64,000 nucleotides of DNA, taken from contig NIVC01001184.1 of the NCBI GenBank assembly GCA_002269645.1, positions 186,001 to 250,000 on the forward strand. The letters are read 5' to 3'. Shown one piece after another: positions 1 through 11,111 of this stretch. Position 1 is the first letter of the stretch, and each line of letters starts with the position of its first letter. The position numbers and the translations under genes were made by a program. Origin of the DNA: Macrostomum lignano. Taxonomy: Eukaryota. The notes under the pieces are model-generated. The model had not been told where the DNA came from. It worked only from the letters and a program-made list of their open reading frames with translations, and searched no databases.

Positions 1-443
1 CCAAAGCTTCCACTGCCAATCAGTTCGCTTATTTCGATTTGAGCTCTGTTGATCTCAAAGTCGCGGAAGTTCGGTGGCGGGATGTATTTGCGCGGACAGG
101 GTCGAGCCAGTACCATCTGGCGGTCGTCAGAATCCTGCTGATAGTGAGCCAGCAGATCGGGCAGAGTCGCAAAAGTTCGCTGCGGACTCACATAGAACCC
201 CGCGCCGTTCTCCATCGGCAGTATTCGATAATGACGGATAACAAAGCCTCTAGTTCCGTTAGAGTCGAAGGTGTCACAGCGGACGCTAAGAGAATAGCTG
301 GGCAGGTGGGGCTGCAACAGTTGATCAGCTTGTCGGCTATAATGCGGTCTCAGCAGGTAAGTGCCGTTCTCTAAGCCGGGCATTCGAAGTAGCCGCTCAG
401 ATTCTAATCGGTCGATTTCGAACCAGCAGTCGAGAGAAGCAGC
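1..443 (-). CDS. Src-family tyrosine kinase, coding exon 2 (SH2 domain, linker, start of kinase domain); truncated by the window edge
   Basis: Manual translation after acceptor CAG (446-444): AASLDCWFEIDRLESERLLRMPGLENGTYLLRPH...SYSLSVR...IRHYRILPMENGAGFYVSPQRTFATLPDLLAHYQQ...LARPCPRKYIPPPNFRDFEINRAQIEISELIGSGSFG. This gives an SH2 domain plus the kinase GxGxFG loop. In phase 0 with exon 1. Confidence 0.92.
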
Positions 444-609
444 CTGTGGATGAAGAAAGCGATTTTTAATGATTGGCTTCTAAAATCTCTTTTTGGCTAT
501 AGAGAAAACGGGGATGATTCAGAAACTCTTTCACAACGTCGAAAGCGCCTTTCTTCACAAGGTCGAAATTTCACACCGTCAAAAATTTAATATAACAAAA
601 ACTACAACA

Positions 610-909
610 GGGGGCTGTAGCCTAGTGGTTAGAGCGTCGGACTCACGACTTGAAGGTCGGGGGTTTGATTCCCGATCCCACTGGAACAATTTGTGTCCTT
701 GAGCAAGACACTTAAATCTGCATTGCTTCAGTTCAACCCAGCTGTAAAATGGGTGCCAGCATTAGCTGGGGTAAGCAGAGGCTGTGTGTGGCGACCCCCT
801 AGTCCTTGGACTGAACAGCCGTACGCAGCCTTCAGATGGGCCGCGCATTAGCAGCGGCTGAGCTGTCGGTTGCACATCTGGCCCAATTGGGGCAGGTGTA
901 ATAAAAAAT
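610..909 (+). mobile_element. tRNA-derived SINE with a CORE-like central domain, inside the Src intron
   Basis: tRNA-like head GGGGCTGTAGCCTAGTGGTTAGAGCG...GGTTTGATTCC (A box, degenerate B box). It is followed by GTCCTTGAGCAAGACACTTAA...CTGTAAAATGGG, which resembles the CORE/MIR domain, and an A-rich tail. A second copy lies at 41903-42140. Confidence 0.8.
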
Positions 910-952
910 AGCTATCTCACTAGATTTTCTTTTTTCGAACACAATAATTCAC

Positions 953-1315
953 CTGACGTTTATCGGCAGTCTTCAACAGGTGCTTGGGCACGTAACCGGT
1001 GTCCCCACTGTCGTAGTGTCGGACCTGACACCAGTTCTCTCCCGGCTTCATGTCGAGCACCTCGACAATATCGCCAGCGCAAAATGACAGATCACCGGCG
1101 CAATTAGCCTCAAAAGTTTGGATGGCTTGCATAAAAACTTTCTCACACTCGGCACCGCGGCCGCCTGTGCTAGCGTTGACTACGGCGCCGGAGTTCGACA
1201 TGCTCCGATTGTCGCCCCGGGCATTGTTGCCGAAGTCTCGAGCGTCTACGTAGTCGGTTTCAGACGATCGACTTTTTGTATCGCGACGCCGCTGTCTGCT
1301 GAACAATTGACCCAT
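953..1315 (-). CDS. Src-family tyrosine kinase, coding exon 1 (myristoylation signal, unique region, SH3)
   Basis: ATG at 1315: MGQLFSRQRRR (MGxxxS plus polybasic stretch). SH3-like AIQTFEANCAGDLSFCAGDIVEVL...ENWCQVRHYDSGDTGYVP. Donor CAG|GTGAAT at 952; 363 nt, phase 0. Confidence 0.9.
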
Positions 1316-2556
1316 GATTGATAACTGGAAGCTTCCGGGGAACTGCGGTGGAGAAGTCGCAGCTAAAACAGCTTGTATTTCGTTTCGTTTTTTAGAAACC
1401 CTGCTACTACTAATACTACTACTATATACACGTACTCTCAATCCAAACTGAACTATCCAAACGTACACCCCAATCTCCTACTCTTGTGCAATGTTTAAGC
1501 TTCGGTTGCAGTTGCTAAAAATAGATGAGAGAAGAGAAATAAAGAATTAGAACAGGTAGAGATGCTCCGTAAGTTCGGCTTGGATTTGTTGCTCTGAGTA
1601 CGCTCTCGCATATTGCCTTTTCAGTGACTGTGAGAGACAATATGACAGACGGTGAGAAAATTAAATTGTTATTTTCTTCCTTTGCAAAGCTTTGGTTTGA
1701 AGACCTAAAATGACGAAGATAAGGCTACAAAATGATAAATTCTAGTAATACGGATCTTGAGTTTCTTCGCGTTTTCAATTAATGTACAATTGTGTACACT
1801 ATTCATGAAGCTAGCCATAGTACCAAATCGCTCAAACCTCTCACCGATGTATTCGGTAAGCTTAAAGAATTAAAGCTTTGGCTTGAAAAACTATCTCACA
1901 CAAATACTACTGATACGAGCATACGTGTGCACCCAGCAATACATTAAAATTTCCGCCCCGAAAAGCCAGTGGTCAACTCTTCTCAGATCTCAGGCCCACA
2001 CAGTCATACACACAGGCATACCATATACTTACGCAGGCTAGGCGGCAGGAGTGTACGGCTTCGCTCCCTACAACTTTATTTATTGTTAGGCATATACATT
2101 TCACTGTGCCTGGAGGGGCTTCCATAAACCCCAGATTTCACAACGTCGAAGCTTCATAACCTCGAAATATCGAGAAATGACCGCAGCCTGTGCGGATTAA
2201 ACTCAAGAAGTTAACTTAAACCAAAGATCATATATACACAAGATGGGCCACTCATTAACCACTCGTGTGGCCATAGAAGTTAGTGTAAAAAAACTTTTTT
2301 AACTTGCGACAGCGCGAAAATCAACTTACTGAACTCAATTTCGTCAGTAGTCTCTGAAGTGCATGCATCATTCTTAGTTTGATTAAGTAGCTTTTTATTC
2401 AATTTATGAGAAGTTCTATTAAATTCTCAAAAAATAGCGTCGATGTCCCTAAGCTACTGAACTCAAATTTAGAAGAAACCCGTGACGGCTTTTTCGCACA
2501 AGTGATGAAAAACAGCGGTTGCACCTTCTTTATTAACGCCATCCAAAGTGGCCTAT

Positions 2557-2863
2557 CCATGGAGGAAAGAATAGAATGGAGTGCTGCTAATCTGAGCCAG
2601 TTATTTTTGTCTCGCTTGATCTTAACTTTTAGCATCCCTTCCTCCCCCGTTCTATCCTATTGGCTCGTGACTGCCATAGACAAAGTCTTTTTCGTCTTCG
2701 TTCCCCTCTGAAAGGTCTGTCCCAGCATAGTTCGAGCTCGCATCAAAATATGCTTTCAGCCAATAGGAAGGAACGGGGGCGAAAGGGATGTTAAAAGCAA
2801 AAATCGAGCGAGATAAAAATAACTTGCTCAGATTAGCACTCCATTCTATTCTTTCCTCCATGG
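2557..2863. mobile_element. MITE with ~110-bp imperfect TIRs and a 6-bp target-site duplication
   Basis: Begins CCATGGAGGAAAGAATAGAATGGAGTGCT and ends with its reverse complement. GCCTAT flanks both sides (2551-2556, 2864-2869). Confidence 0.8.
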
Positions 2864-2901
2864 GCCTATCTAGGGAATATAAGATCTATGACTTAAACTA
2901 A

Positions 2902-3925
2902 CCCTGTAAAAAATTCGGCTGTTTCTTCTCTGCACATTTCAACCGGAATCAACCGTATTTGTGCCCTATATCCGCAGTGTGTACAGGAATCAACCGAGGA
3001 AACAGCCCGTGACATTTAATTGTGCGGAATCAGCCAAAGAAACAGCCAAACATTGTCTTCTTCTGCAGCTGATTCCGCGACTCCTGGTTGATTCCTCAGT
3101 TGATTCCAGTGAAGGAATCACCTCAATTTTTCAGTTGATTCCCGCGACTCCTGGTTGATTCCTCAGCTCAGTCGGACGATTCTTACTACGTAGTACTACA
3201 GAGTACTCCGGGTTGATCACAGGACTGACTAATGTCCTTTAGCAGTGTCGGATGCATCCCCAACCCTAGCAGATCAACCACTTTGAGACCCAAATAATTT
3301 ACTGTGCAGCTACTTTTACAAGTAGTTTCTTGTACATGTATCAAGAAAAATAAGACCACTTTTCAGCGGAAGCACATAAGACAGCACAATTTCAGTCAAT
3401 AAGCAAAAACGTGGTTGACAAAACCACCAAGCACCATCATCGTCATCATAAAAAACAATGTATTTGACAACAACACAATAACAATTCACAACAATCCCAC
3501 AGGGTCCCCGTGTGAAATTTAATATCAATCTACCATTTTTTCCCAATTGAAATGAGTAAATCTCACGATTCTATCACTATGCACGACAAAAGTAGAACAG
3601 CGGTTGAATTGATTCCCAGAGTGATTCTTGTCCTAGAAACATCTGACTGCGCTGATTCCCTGTATTGACAGTTTTCTTCCTAAAGGTGGGTTGATTCCTT
3701 TAGCTACATTTAGCTGATTCCTTAAGTGGAATCGTCCTATTAAGCTGATTCCTAACTTGGCAGATTCCTTCCATTAAATTTGGCTGATTCTTTACCTAGA
3801 ATCATCTGAAATATGTTGGTTCAGTTGATTCTCAACTACGGCTGTTTCCATTCTGTGGAATCATCCGAAATTACTGCTGATTCCAGCTGGAATCAACCGA
3901 AGAATCAACCGAATTTTTTGGCGGG
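2902..3925. mobile_element. Non-autonomous CMC/EnSpm-like DNA transposon
   Basis: Termini CCCTGTAAAAAATTCGGCTGTTTCTTC and (reverse complement) CCCGCCAAAAAATTCGGTTGATTCTTC. Many subterminal GGAATC/GATTCC motifs. AA on both flanks, consistent with a 2-bp TSD. Confidence 0.65.
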
Positions 3926-4284
3926 AAATAAAAACACGAAAAGGCATAAGTCATAGTTACTGTTGTTTTCGCTCTAAATTTAAACTGACAATTTAATAAT
4001 ATTATTAGGAAATTTAAAATCTGAAGATGTTCAGACAGTGTTTAGTTTGTTTATTTTAAACATTTGTGGTAGAATAATAATTTAAGTATGTTGATAAGAT
4101 CTTGAAGATAGTAGCATATAGTAAGGTTGCTGGTTATTAGTTGGTTAATAATGGAAAATTAGCCAACGCCTAAGTAGTAGAGAGGTGATTCTAATTTTTA
4201 AGGACTAAATATAACTAAAGCAACTAAATTTGTAGGCATTAAGTCCTGTACTGTTGCATATCAGGAGTCTGTCTACAGTTTTGC

Positions 4285-4635
4285 TCAGTGGTACTTGCTG
4301 TGCGCCTCGGCGGCGTGTTCGTCATATTTGACAACATACCAGATGAACATCGGGAAGAAGCAGGCCTGAGCAAGCAGCGGGGCGCCAATATTCTTCGGGC
4401 TAATCCACCGAAGATTATAGCGCCAATAGGCCCGACCGATGGCTTGACAAATGGCTATAGGATTGTAGTTCCTGCGGCCTAGCCAGGCTGGCAGATCTTT
4501 CACCTTAGTCTCCAGTAGTCTGGTATCGGTGCACCCGTAGTTCCGGTCCGGAGAATAGAATCCGTGCACTCGCGGATCGTAGTTGCGGTGATAGCCGCCA
4601 ACGCCCTGCTTGAATAGTGCGTCTAGAATGCCCAT
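4285..4635 (-). CDS. ATP5MF: ATP synthase subunit f, mitochondrial (single coding exon, 116 aa)
   Basis: YDPRVHGFYSPDRNYG, KDLPAWLGRRN, GRAYWRYNLRWI, one TM segment and C-terminal KYH match the metazoan subunit f (WRW) family. Confidence 0.88.
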   Translation of the reverse strand: MGILDALFKQGVGGYHRNYDPRVHGFYSPDRNYGCTDTRLLETKVKDLPAWLGRRNYNPIAICQAIGRAYWRYNLRWISPKNIGAPLLAQACFFPMFIWYVVKYDEHAAEAHSKYH

Positions 4636-4849
4636 CGTTTGCGAGCTGCTCTCGCTCTGTTTAGCATGAATAGTTTTAGCCGGTATTGGATCTGGTTGAA
4701 AAACTAACCGACATTAAACAGTTGCTTTAAATTGACTCGAAGTTTGTGAAAGTGAGAACTCAGGAGTATGCATTTAATTGCGCGGGAGACAAAGGAAGAA
4801 GGAAGATTGTACAATGGCGGGCCAGAGTAAGCGAAGGTTGCGTACATTA

Positions 4850-5220
4850 GGGGGAGGCAAGCCAAGAGAGAGTGTACACTGGGGGACAGAAGGCAGCCAA
4901 GGGAGAGTGTACATTGGCGGAACAGGGGTAAGATAAGGAAGAGTGTACATTGGGGGAACAGGGGTAAGACAAGGAAGAATGTACATTGGGGGAACAGGGG
5001 TAAGACAAGGAAGTGTACATTGCCGGAACAGGGGTAAGACAACGAAGAGTGTACGTTGCCGGAACAGGGGTAAGACAAGGAAGAATGTACATTGCCGGAA
5101 CAGGGGTAAGACAACGAAGAGTGTAAATTGCCGGAACAGGGGTAAGACAAGGAAGAGTGTACGTCGCCGGAACAGGGGTAAGACAAGGAAGAGTGTACAT
5201 TGGCGGGACAGAAGGTAAGA
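4850..5220. repeat. 36-bp minisatellite between RBM25 and ATP5MF
   Basis: Unit GAGTGTACATTGCCGGAACAGGGGTAAGACAAGGAA, about 10 copies. Source of four spurious ORFs. Confidence 0.95.
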
Positions 5221-5883
5221 ACAGAGCACAGAGGGTAAGAAAGTCAACACACTGCGTACATTTGGAGCACAGTGCATAGGTTAAGCTTGTGTGAGAGAAT
5301 GATCCCACAACAAATAGATAAGGTAATTAATGATTGCAGCTCAACAAGAGTCCACAGCTCCGTATGGAAAAGCTGCCAGAAAAATGAAAAAACCTTCATA
5401 AAGATTTATTTTTACTCAAATAAACCGGACGCAGGCTAGCAAAATTCACGGCCAGAAAAGAACATCAGCATAGCAGAGAAAGCAAACAAAAGGAAAATGA
5501 CAGAGAAGTAATGCCCAAGTAGTTGTTGATGGCACAATTAGCCTGTAACATTTCGTATTCGTGAGTAGAACTAATGTCAATTAACAACAAGAAAACATAA
5601 GAAGCAAGGGTCAGACAGCATTATAAAATGCCAAATAAGCAGAATATAAACGGCCCCAAGTAATATTTAATGTAATTAGGCTGTACACACCAGTTAATAT
5701 ATGATATAATGTAGACTTGCTGGTCTTGAGGGGAGACCCATCCTAACAGTAACATATTTTGAATGAATGAATGTGACAAAAATGCAAATAACTCAACGGG
5801 GGCCAAGTAAGTCTATATTTGATGCATTATATTAACATACAATAATATTAAGCTAGAAAAAACTGACACAGACGACACTGGAT

Positions 5884-6466
5884 CTACTTGACCAAGCCGG
5901 CCTTCTTAGCCTCGGTCTCGTAGATTAGCAAACGCCACAGTTTAACAACGAACACTTCGGCCTCATCGTCAAGCACTAGCATGATCTCGTTCAGAATGTC
6001 CTCAGGCTTAGTCTTGTCAATCACTTTGGCGCACACAAACTCGGTTAGTTGGGCCTCCTCTTCGCCAAGGTATTCGATAATTTTTTTATTAATCCACGGT
6101 TTCACGCGATTCTGCATTAGAGTTGAGTCCACTATGCTCCAATCCAGATTGTAGGCAAACAGCTCATCCTTGGCGGTGGGTATGCCGTCTATTAGGCGTT
6201 TAATTAACGCTTTCTTTTCTTCTTCGTTAGCAAACACCGCCGATGCTGGGGCTGCCTGAGAAGATGAAGCTTGCGAGGAGGCTGAGCGGCCCTGTTGAGG
6301 CTGGGGAGGCGGCGCTGGCTGAGTCGGCTGTTCAGCGGTATCGTTCTCCTCGCACATCATCATATCGCCGTGATCGTGATGGTCATCGTCATCGTCATCA
6401 TAGTCAGTCCGATGATCGCGATGACCATCACTAGTATGATCGTGGTCATTGTTGCGCTCATCGGAT
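5884..6466 (-). CDS. RBM25: RBM25 exon 4 (PWI domain, stop)
   Basis: LIDGIPTAKDELFAYNLDW...VKPWINKKIIEYLGEEE...VLDDEAEVFVVKLWRLLIYET is a PWI domain. Acceptor TTTCCATAG at 6467, phase 2. Confidence 0.93.
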
Positions 6467-6755
6467 CTATGGAAATAAAGCGTAGAAATTAATTTACTTT
6501 ACAAAACCACACAAAAACAGCGGGAAAAGCAATTTACGCTACTTGCAGTAGTTTACTGCTAAATAACCATTTTGTGTAAGTAATTTCATTCTTCAAATCT
6601 CTGTGCAATAGTGCGGATTTAAAAAGATATACCACTCTACAATCACATGCAATTTCTATTAGATAAGCTACTACTCTTCCACAACCTACTACTAGTAGTC
6701 AAACACGATTACACTAGTAAACAATAAAGTAAACAAACTAAACAAACAAACAAAC

Positions 6756-7243
6756 CTAAACTTATCGCCGTCGCCATTGCCATTGACAGAGACGCTACCA
6801 GCAATTGTCGATTTAACTTCAGCAGAATCAACAGCGTCAACAATTTTTGGTTTCTTATCTTCATCTGACGGAGCTGGTTGATTACTACTACTAGTAGCAT
6901 TAGCAGGCGTTGACGACGTGAGGTACCGACGCAAATGAGCATCTCGAGCTTCATCAAGCTCGGCGCAGATCGCTTCAACGTCGGCCTGTTCGCGACCTTC
7001 GGCCAGTAGTCTACGCCGGGCCTCGTCGACTTCGTCACGCTCCCGAGCCCTGTCCCGCTCGTCCTGCTCGCGTTCCCGATCGCGCTCGCGTAGTCGCCTA
7101 CGGAACGCGTCGCCGCGATAGAATTTCGCGTCGTCCAATTCGTCGTCGTATTCGGCTAGGAAATTGCGCATCTCCCTGGCCTCGTGGGCCTCTTTGTCGC
7201 GTCGGCGCAGTTCGCGTTCGCGCTCTCGCTCGGCGTCGCGGGC
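6756..7243 (-). CDS. RBM25: RBM25 exon 3 (RE/RD-rich coiled coil)
   Basis: Acceptor CATCGCAG at 7244; ARDAERERERELRRRDKEAHEAREMRNFLAEYDDELDDAKFYRG. Donor AG|GTTTGT at 6755 gives phase 2 (alternative donor at 6761 also in frame). Confidence 0.88.
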
Positions 7244-7330
7244 CTGCGATGGTTGTTTTTTTACAAAAGAAGTAGCACGTGTACTTTTTTCCTATGGGAA
7301 TCCTTTACTGATACTAGATCAAGATACTAG

Positions 7331-7530
7331 ATGGGGATTTCTATACATTTGGGGATCAAGATTGCTGCAGCTAGTAGATGGGGATTTCTATATATTGGGA
7401 TCAAGATTGTTGCAGCTAGTAGATGGGGATTTCTATATATTGGGGATCAAGATTGTTGCAGCTAGTAGATGGGGATTTCTATATATTGGGGATCAAGATT
7501 GTTGCAGCTAGTAGATGGGGATTTCTATAT
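7331..7530. repeat. 46-bp minisatellite; its last unit is split by the LINE and resumes at 9117
   Basis: Unit ATGGGGATTTCTATATATTGGGGATCAAGATTGTTGCAGCTAGTAG, 4 full copies plus one interrupted. Confidence 0.93.
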
Positions 7531-9116
7531 CCTGCGGTACGAGCAGAACGGATTCCGGCCGCAACGCGGTACAGTGACACAGATCCTTGCACTCCGCCGT
7601 GTCATCGAGGAGGCACGCATCCGCCAGTCTACGCTGATCATTTGTAGCGACTTTCTTCATTTGTTCCACCTTCTCGCTTATGTTTGTATGTCTTAATTTT
7701 GATTGGCTGCCTCTCTGCGCTTATCTCAATCTCTGCCTTCTCTGCCTTCTGGTCGCGTCTTGTACCCACTCCCCATTGCACGCTTATTTGTTTTCGTTAT
7801 CATTTTCTACCCTTCTCGCGCTCTCGTGCTCTTCAATTATTCACCCGTCTCTTATCGTGAATGCAACCCCACCCCTCTAATGTAGGCAATGTCTTATAAA
7901 TGTATGAATTTGGGCCCTGCGCTTTCTCATCTGGTTTGTGTGTTCAATTCCAATAAAAGTCTGTCTGTGTTTACTGATATTATTTACATCATTAAAGGCG
8001 TTTGACTCGGTGTTGAGAGCCGCGCTCCCCTTCGTCCTTTGAGCCTACCGGGTCCCGCAGCAGCTAATCGACGCTATCATGTCGCTGTATCGCGATACTC
8101 GAGCTGCTGTGGTGACGACGGACGGCCTGTCTGACCTGTTCGACACTTCATCAGGAGTTCTGCAGGGCGACACGCTGGCGCCGTTCCTCTTCGTGCTGCT
8201 GCTGGACTGGGTGCTTCGGACCGCACTCCCCTCGGCTAATGACGGCTTCCTGCGGCGCAGACGCATCGGTCGCCGCCACGGTGAAAAGCGCCTAAGCGTG
8301 CTTGGCTACGCCGACGACCTCGTCCTCCTGTCCTCGTCCGTTGAAGGCGCCCAGCGCCAGATCGACAGGTTGGTCAAGGTGGCATCGAGCGCCGGACTGG
8401 TTGTCAACACGCTGAAAACCGAGGTGCTGACTGTGCCGGCCGACATCCCAGCAGACCTGACGTGCCGCGGCGCAGACGGGCAGACGACCAGGCTCGCACT
8501 CTGCCAGCGGTTCACCTACCTCGGCGGTCTGGTGCCACACGTGGAAGAGGACTTCCGACGGCGCAGAGGACTTGCCTGGGCGGCCTTTCGTTCGATCCGA
8601 GCCGTCCTCCAGTCCGAAGCGCTGCCCGACCGCCAGAGGGCTCGGCTGTGGCAGGCGGTGGTCGAAACCGTCCTGCTCTACAACGCCGAGACGCTGACGG
8701 CTACGCTAGAGCGGCAGCTGGACTCGACGCACCCAGGGCTGCTCCGTGCGGCCTTTCGAGCAGACAAAAGCGTCGGGACCGAGGCCCTGTACGATCGGGC
8801 CAAGCTGCAGCGCCCGTCCACCATCCTGCGCCGACGGCGACTCCAACTGGCGGGCCACGTGATCCGGGCCGAGGGCTACTGCCCCCAACCTGTTCAGGAC
8901 GTCCTGCTGCTCACCTTGCAGGGCCCGTTCAGGCGGGGTCAGGCCCGAACCCGTCGATACGTGGACTGCCTGCTGTGCGACGCTGGGGCGCCCGACACTG
9001 CCAACGGAGCTGACTTTGTTCGCTCGCAGGCTCTGCGGCGCGCCATCTGACGCGCCCTGCTCTAACTGTGACCTTTTCTTGCAGGGCCGCGTATTTTGTT
9101 TTTGTTGTTGTTGTTT
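7531..9116 (+). mobile_element. 5'-truncated RTE-clade LINE in RBM25 intron 2, antisense to the host; RT pseudogene
   Basis: RT motifs EQNGFRPQRGTVTQILALRRVIEE, KAFDSV, GVLQGDTLAPFLF, GYADDLVLL, FTYLG. In-frame TGA at 8040-8042; ORF ends at 9050. (GTT)n tail. 12-bp TSD GGATTTCTATAT (7519-7530, 9117-9128). Confidence 0.93.
7643..7988 (+). mobile_element. Solo LTR (346 bp) inserted in the LINE RT
   Basis: TGTAG...TTACA termini; 5-bp TSD TCATT (7638-7642, 7989-7993); TATAAA at 7895 and AATAAA at 7952. RT homology resumes immediately on both sides. Confidence 0.88.
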
Positions 9117-9264
9117 GGATTTCTATATATTGGGGATCAAGATTCTTGCAGCTAGTAGATGGATTTATGCCCCTAAAGACAACGAAATCCTTAGTATAGG
9201 AGTTGACTATATATCCATAATTTCTAATAGGCAACCCAGGTGTATTAATAAGCTGCATTAATAC

Positions 9265-9756
9265 CTTCTTCTTTTCCCGCTGAGTCCAGTGCTTCAGCTC
9301 CTGCTGATATGACTGCTCCTTGTTCATCATCTTCTCCATCCGGCGTCGCTCAGCCGCCTCCTCGTCTGTTTCAACCGCCGACTTCTCCGCCGGCGCTGAA
9401 CTGCCACCGCCGCCGCCGCCGCCGGCTGACGAACGACTTTTAGACGTCGAGCCCTGCTGCTCCCGGCGCTCCTCGCGTTCCTTGTCCCGATCGCGCTCGC
9501 GCTCCTTCTCGCGCTTCTCCCGGCGCCGGCGCTCCCGCTCGCGCTCCCGTTCCCGTTCGAGTTTCTCCTCGAGTTTCGGCGAATCGTCTCGATAGCGAGA
9601 TCGAAAGAATTCGATTTCCCGATTAATTATATTGCGCTTATCAACGTCGATGTCCATGTCGTCCAGGGACTCTTTCGGGCCGACTAGTTTTGGCGCGCGA
9701 AAGTCAAGTTCGCCGTCTTCCACTCGTTCGATTTCTGGCACGAAGCGTTGAACGAT
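9265..9756 (-). CDS. RBM25: RBM25 exon 2
   Basis: Acceptor CCACTCCAG at 9757; IVQRFVPEIERVEDGELD...REIEFFRSRY...ERERERERRR. Donor AAG|GTATTA at 9264; phase 0 at both ends. Confidence 0.88.
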
Positions 9757-9804
9757 CTGGAGTGGAATGGAATAAGCTGGGCCTGTGATAATTCATCTGG
9801 GAGG

Positions 9805-10365
9805 GTGACCGGTGTGTGACCTTAAATCGGGAGAATGACGGGTGTGTGATCTTAAATCAGGGAGAGTGACCGGTGTGTGATCTTAAATTAGGGAGAGTGA
9901 CCGGTGTGTGATCTTAAATCAGGGAGAGTGACCGGTGTGTGATCTTAAATCAGGGAGAGTGACCGGTGTGTGATCTTAAATTAGGGAGAGTGACCGGTGT
10001 GTGATCTTAAATCAGGGAGAGTGACCGGTGTGTGATCTTAAATCAGGGAGAGTGACCGGTGTGTGATCTTAAATCAGGGAGAGTGACCGGTGTGTGATCT
10101 TAAATCGGGGATTGTCAGGTGTGTGACCTTAAATCGGGGAGTGTCAGGTGTGTGACCTTAAATTGGGGAGTGTCAGGTGTGTGACCTTAAATCGGGGAGA
10201 GTGACCAGAGTGTGACCTTAAATCTGGAGAGTGACCGGTGTGTGACCTTAAATCGGGGAGAGTGACAATTGTGTGACCTTAAATGGGGGAGAGTGACGGG
10301 TGTGACCTTAAATCGGGGTGTCAGGTGTGTGTTTTTAAATCGTGGAGAGTGACGGGTGTGTCCTA
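9805..10365. repeat. 31-bp minisatellite filling most of RBM25 intron 1
   Basis: Unit GGGAGAGTGACCGGTGTGTGATCTTAAATCA; homogeneous core with decayed edges. Confidence 0.95.
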
Positions 10366-10529
10366 AAAATTGGAGGGGAAACAAGTGTCGGATGCATATC
10401 TGAAGGTTTATGAGGGTAACACAAACTTAGGATTTGATGGTTAAGATCACAACATCTGAGCAGGTAGTTAATATCACTGCAAAATTATTCTTTCAATAAA
10501 ATGTAAATTTTGCGGATTAAAAGCCTCAC

Positions 10530-11111
10530 CTGGGTCAATCTCCGCTTAATCTCTTCGTCCTTCTCGGCAGCCGGCGCATCGGGCAGGCCGTGCCGTTTCT
10601 TATACTCGTCAAGCATGCCCTGACTGCTGGCATCGATTCGTACAAGCAGCTTCTTGCCGGCCACATCTATCTGCCCCAGCAACCGGTCGCATATCATCGT
10701 AGCAACTGGATCGGCAAATTCGCAGAAGCCAAACGATTGCAGTTTGCCATCGGCGCCAGTTACCCGTTTCCAACTGTTAACAAAGCCGCAGACGCTTAGC
10801 AACTCGCGCATCATCGAGTTCGGCGCGCGCTCGTTGATGCCGCCAACGAATACGGCGGTGGCCGGCTTGTCGGTCCCGGCGGCGGCACCGGCGGCTGCTG
10901 CGCCGACTGCTCCAATGGGCACGGGGCCCTTCTTGCTGTCGGCCTCATTCTCTGCTTTTTTGCTATCATCTACTTTGCTGTTGTCTGTGTCTTTTTCTTC
11001 TTTCACTTTAGCAATGGATGCTGACTGTTCGTTTGCTGATTCATTTGCTGCTGCAGAGTCTTTTGAATCTGCTTTTTCAGTTGCTTTGTCTTCTGTTTTA
11101 GGCTCAGGCAT
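10530..11111 (-). CDS. RBM25: RBM25 exon 1 (RRM); whole CDS about 714 aa over 4 exons
   Basis: RNP2-like VFVGGI and RNP1-like KLQSFGFCEF, plus LLSVCGFVNSWKRV and KKLLVRID, match the RBM25 RRM. Donor CAG|GTGAGG at 10529. Confidence 0.9.

Noticed and set aside
39-374. 111-aa plus-strand ORF
   Set aside because: It is the antisense shadow of the Src SH2 exon on the minus strand.
610-685. tRNA gene
   Set aside because: Degenerate B box and poor acceptor stem. It continues into a CORE-like body and has a second diverged copy, so it is a SINE head.
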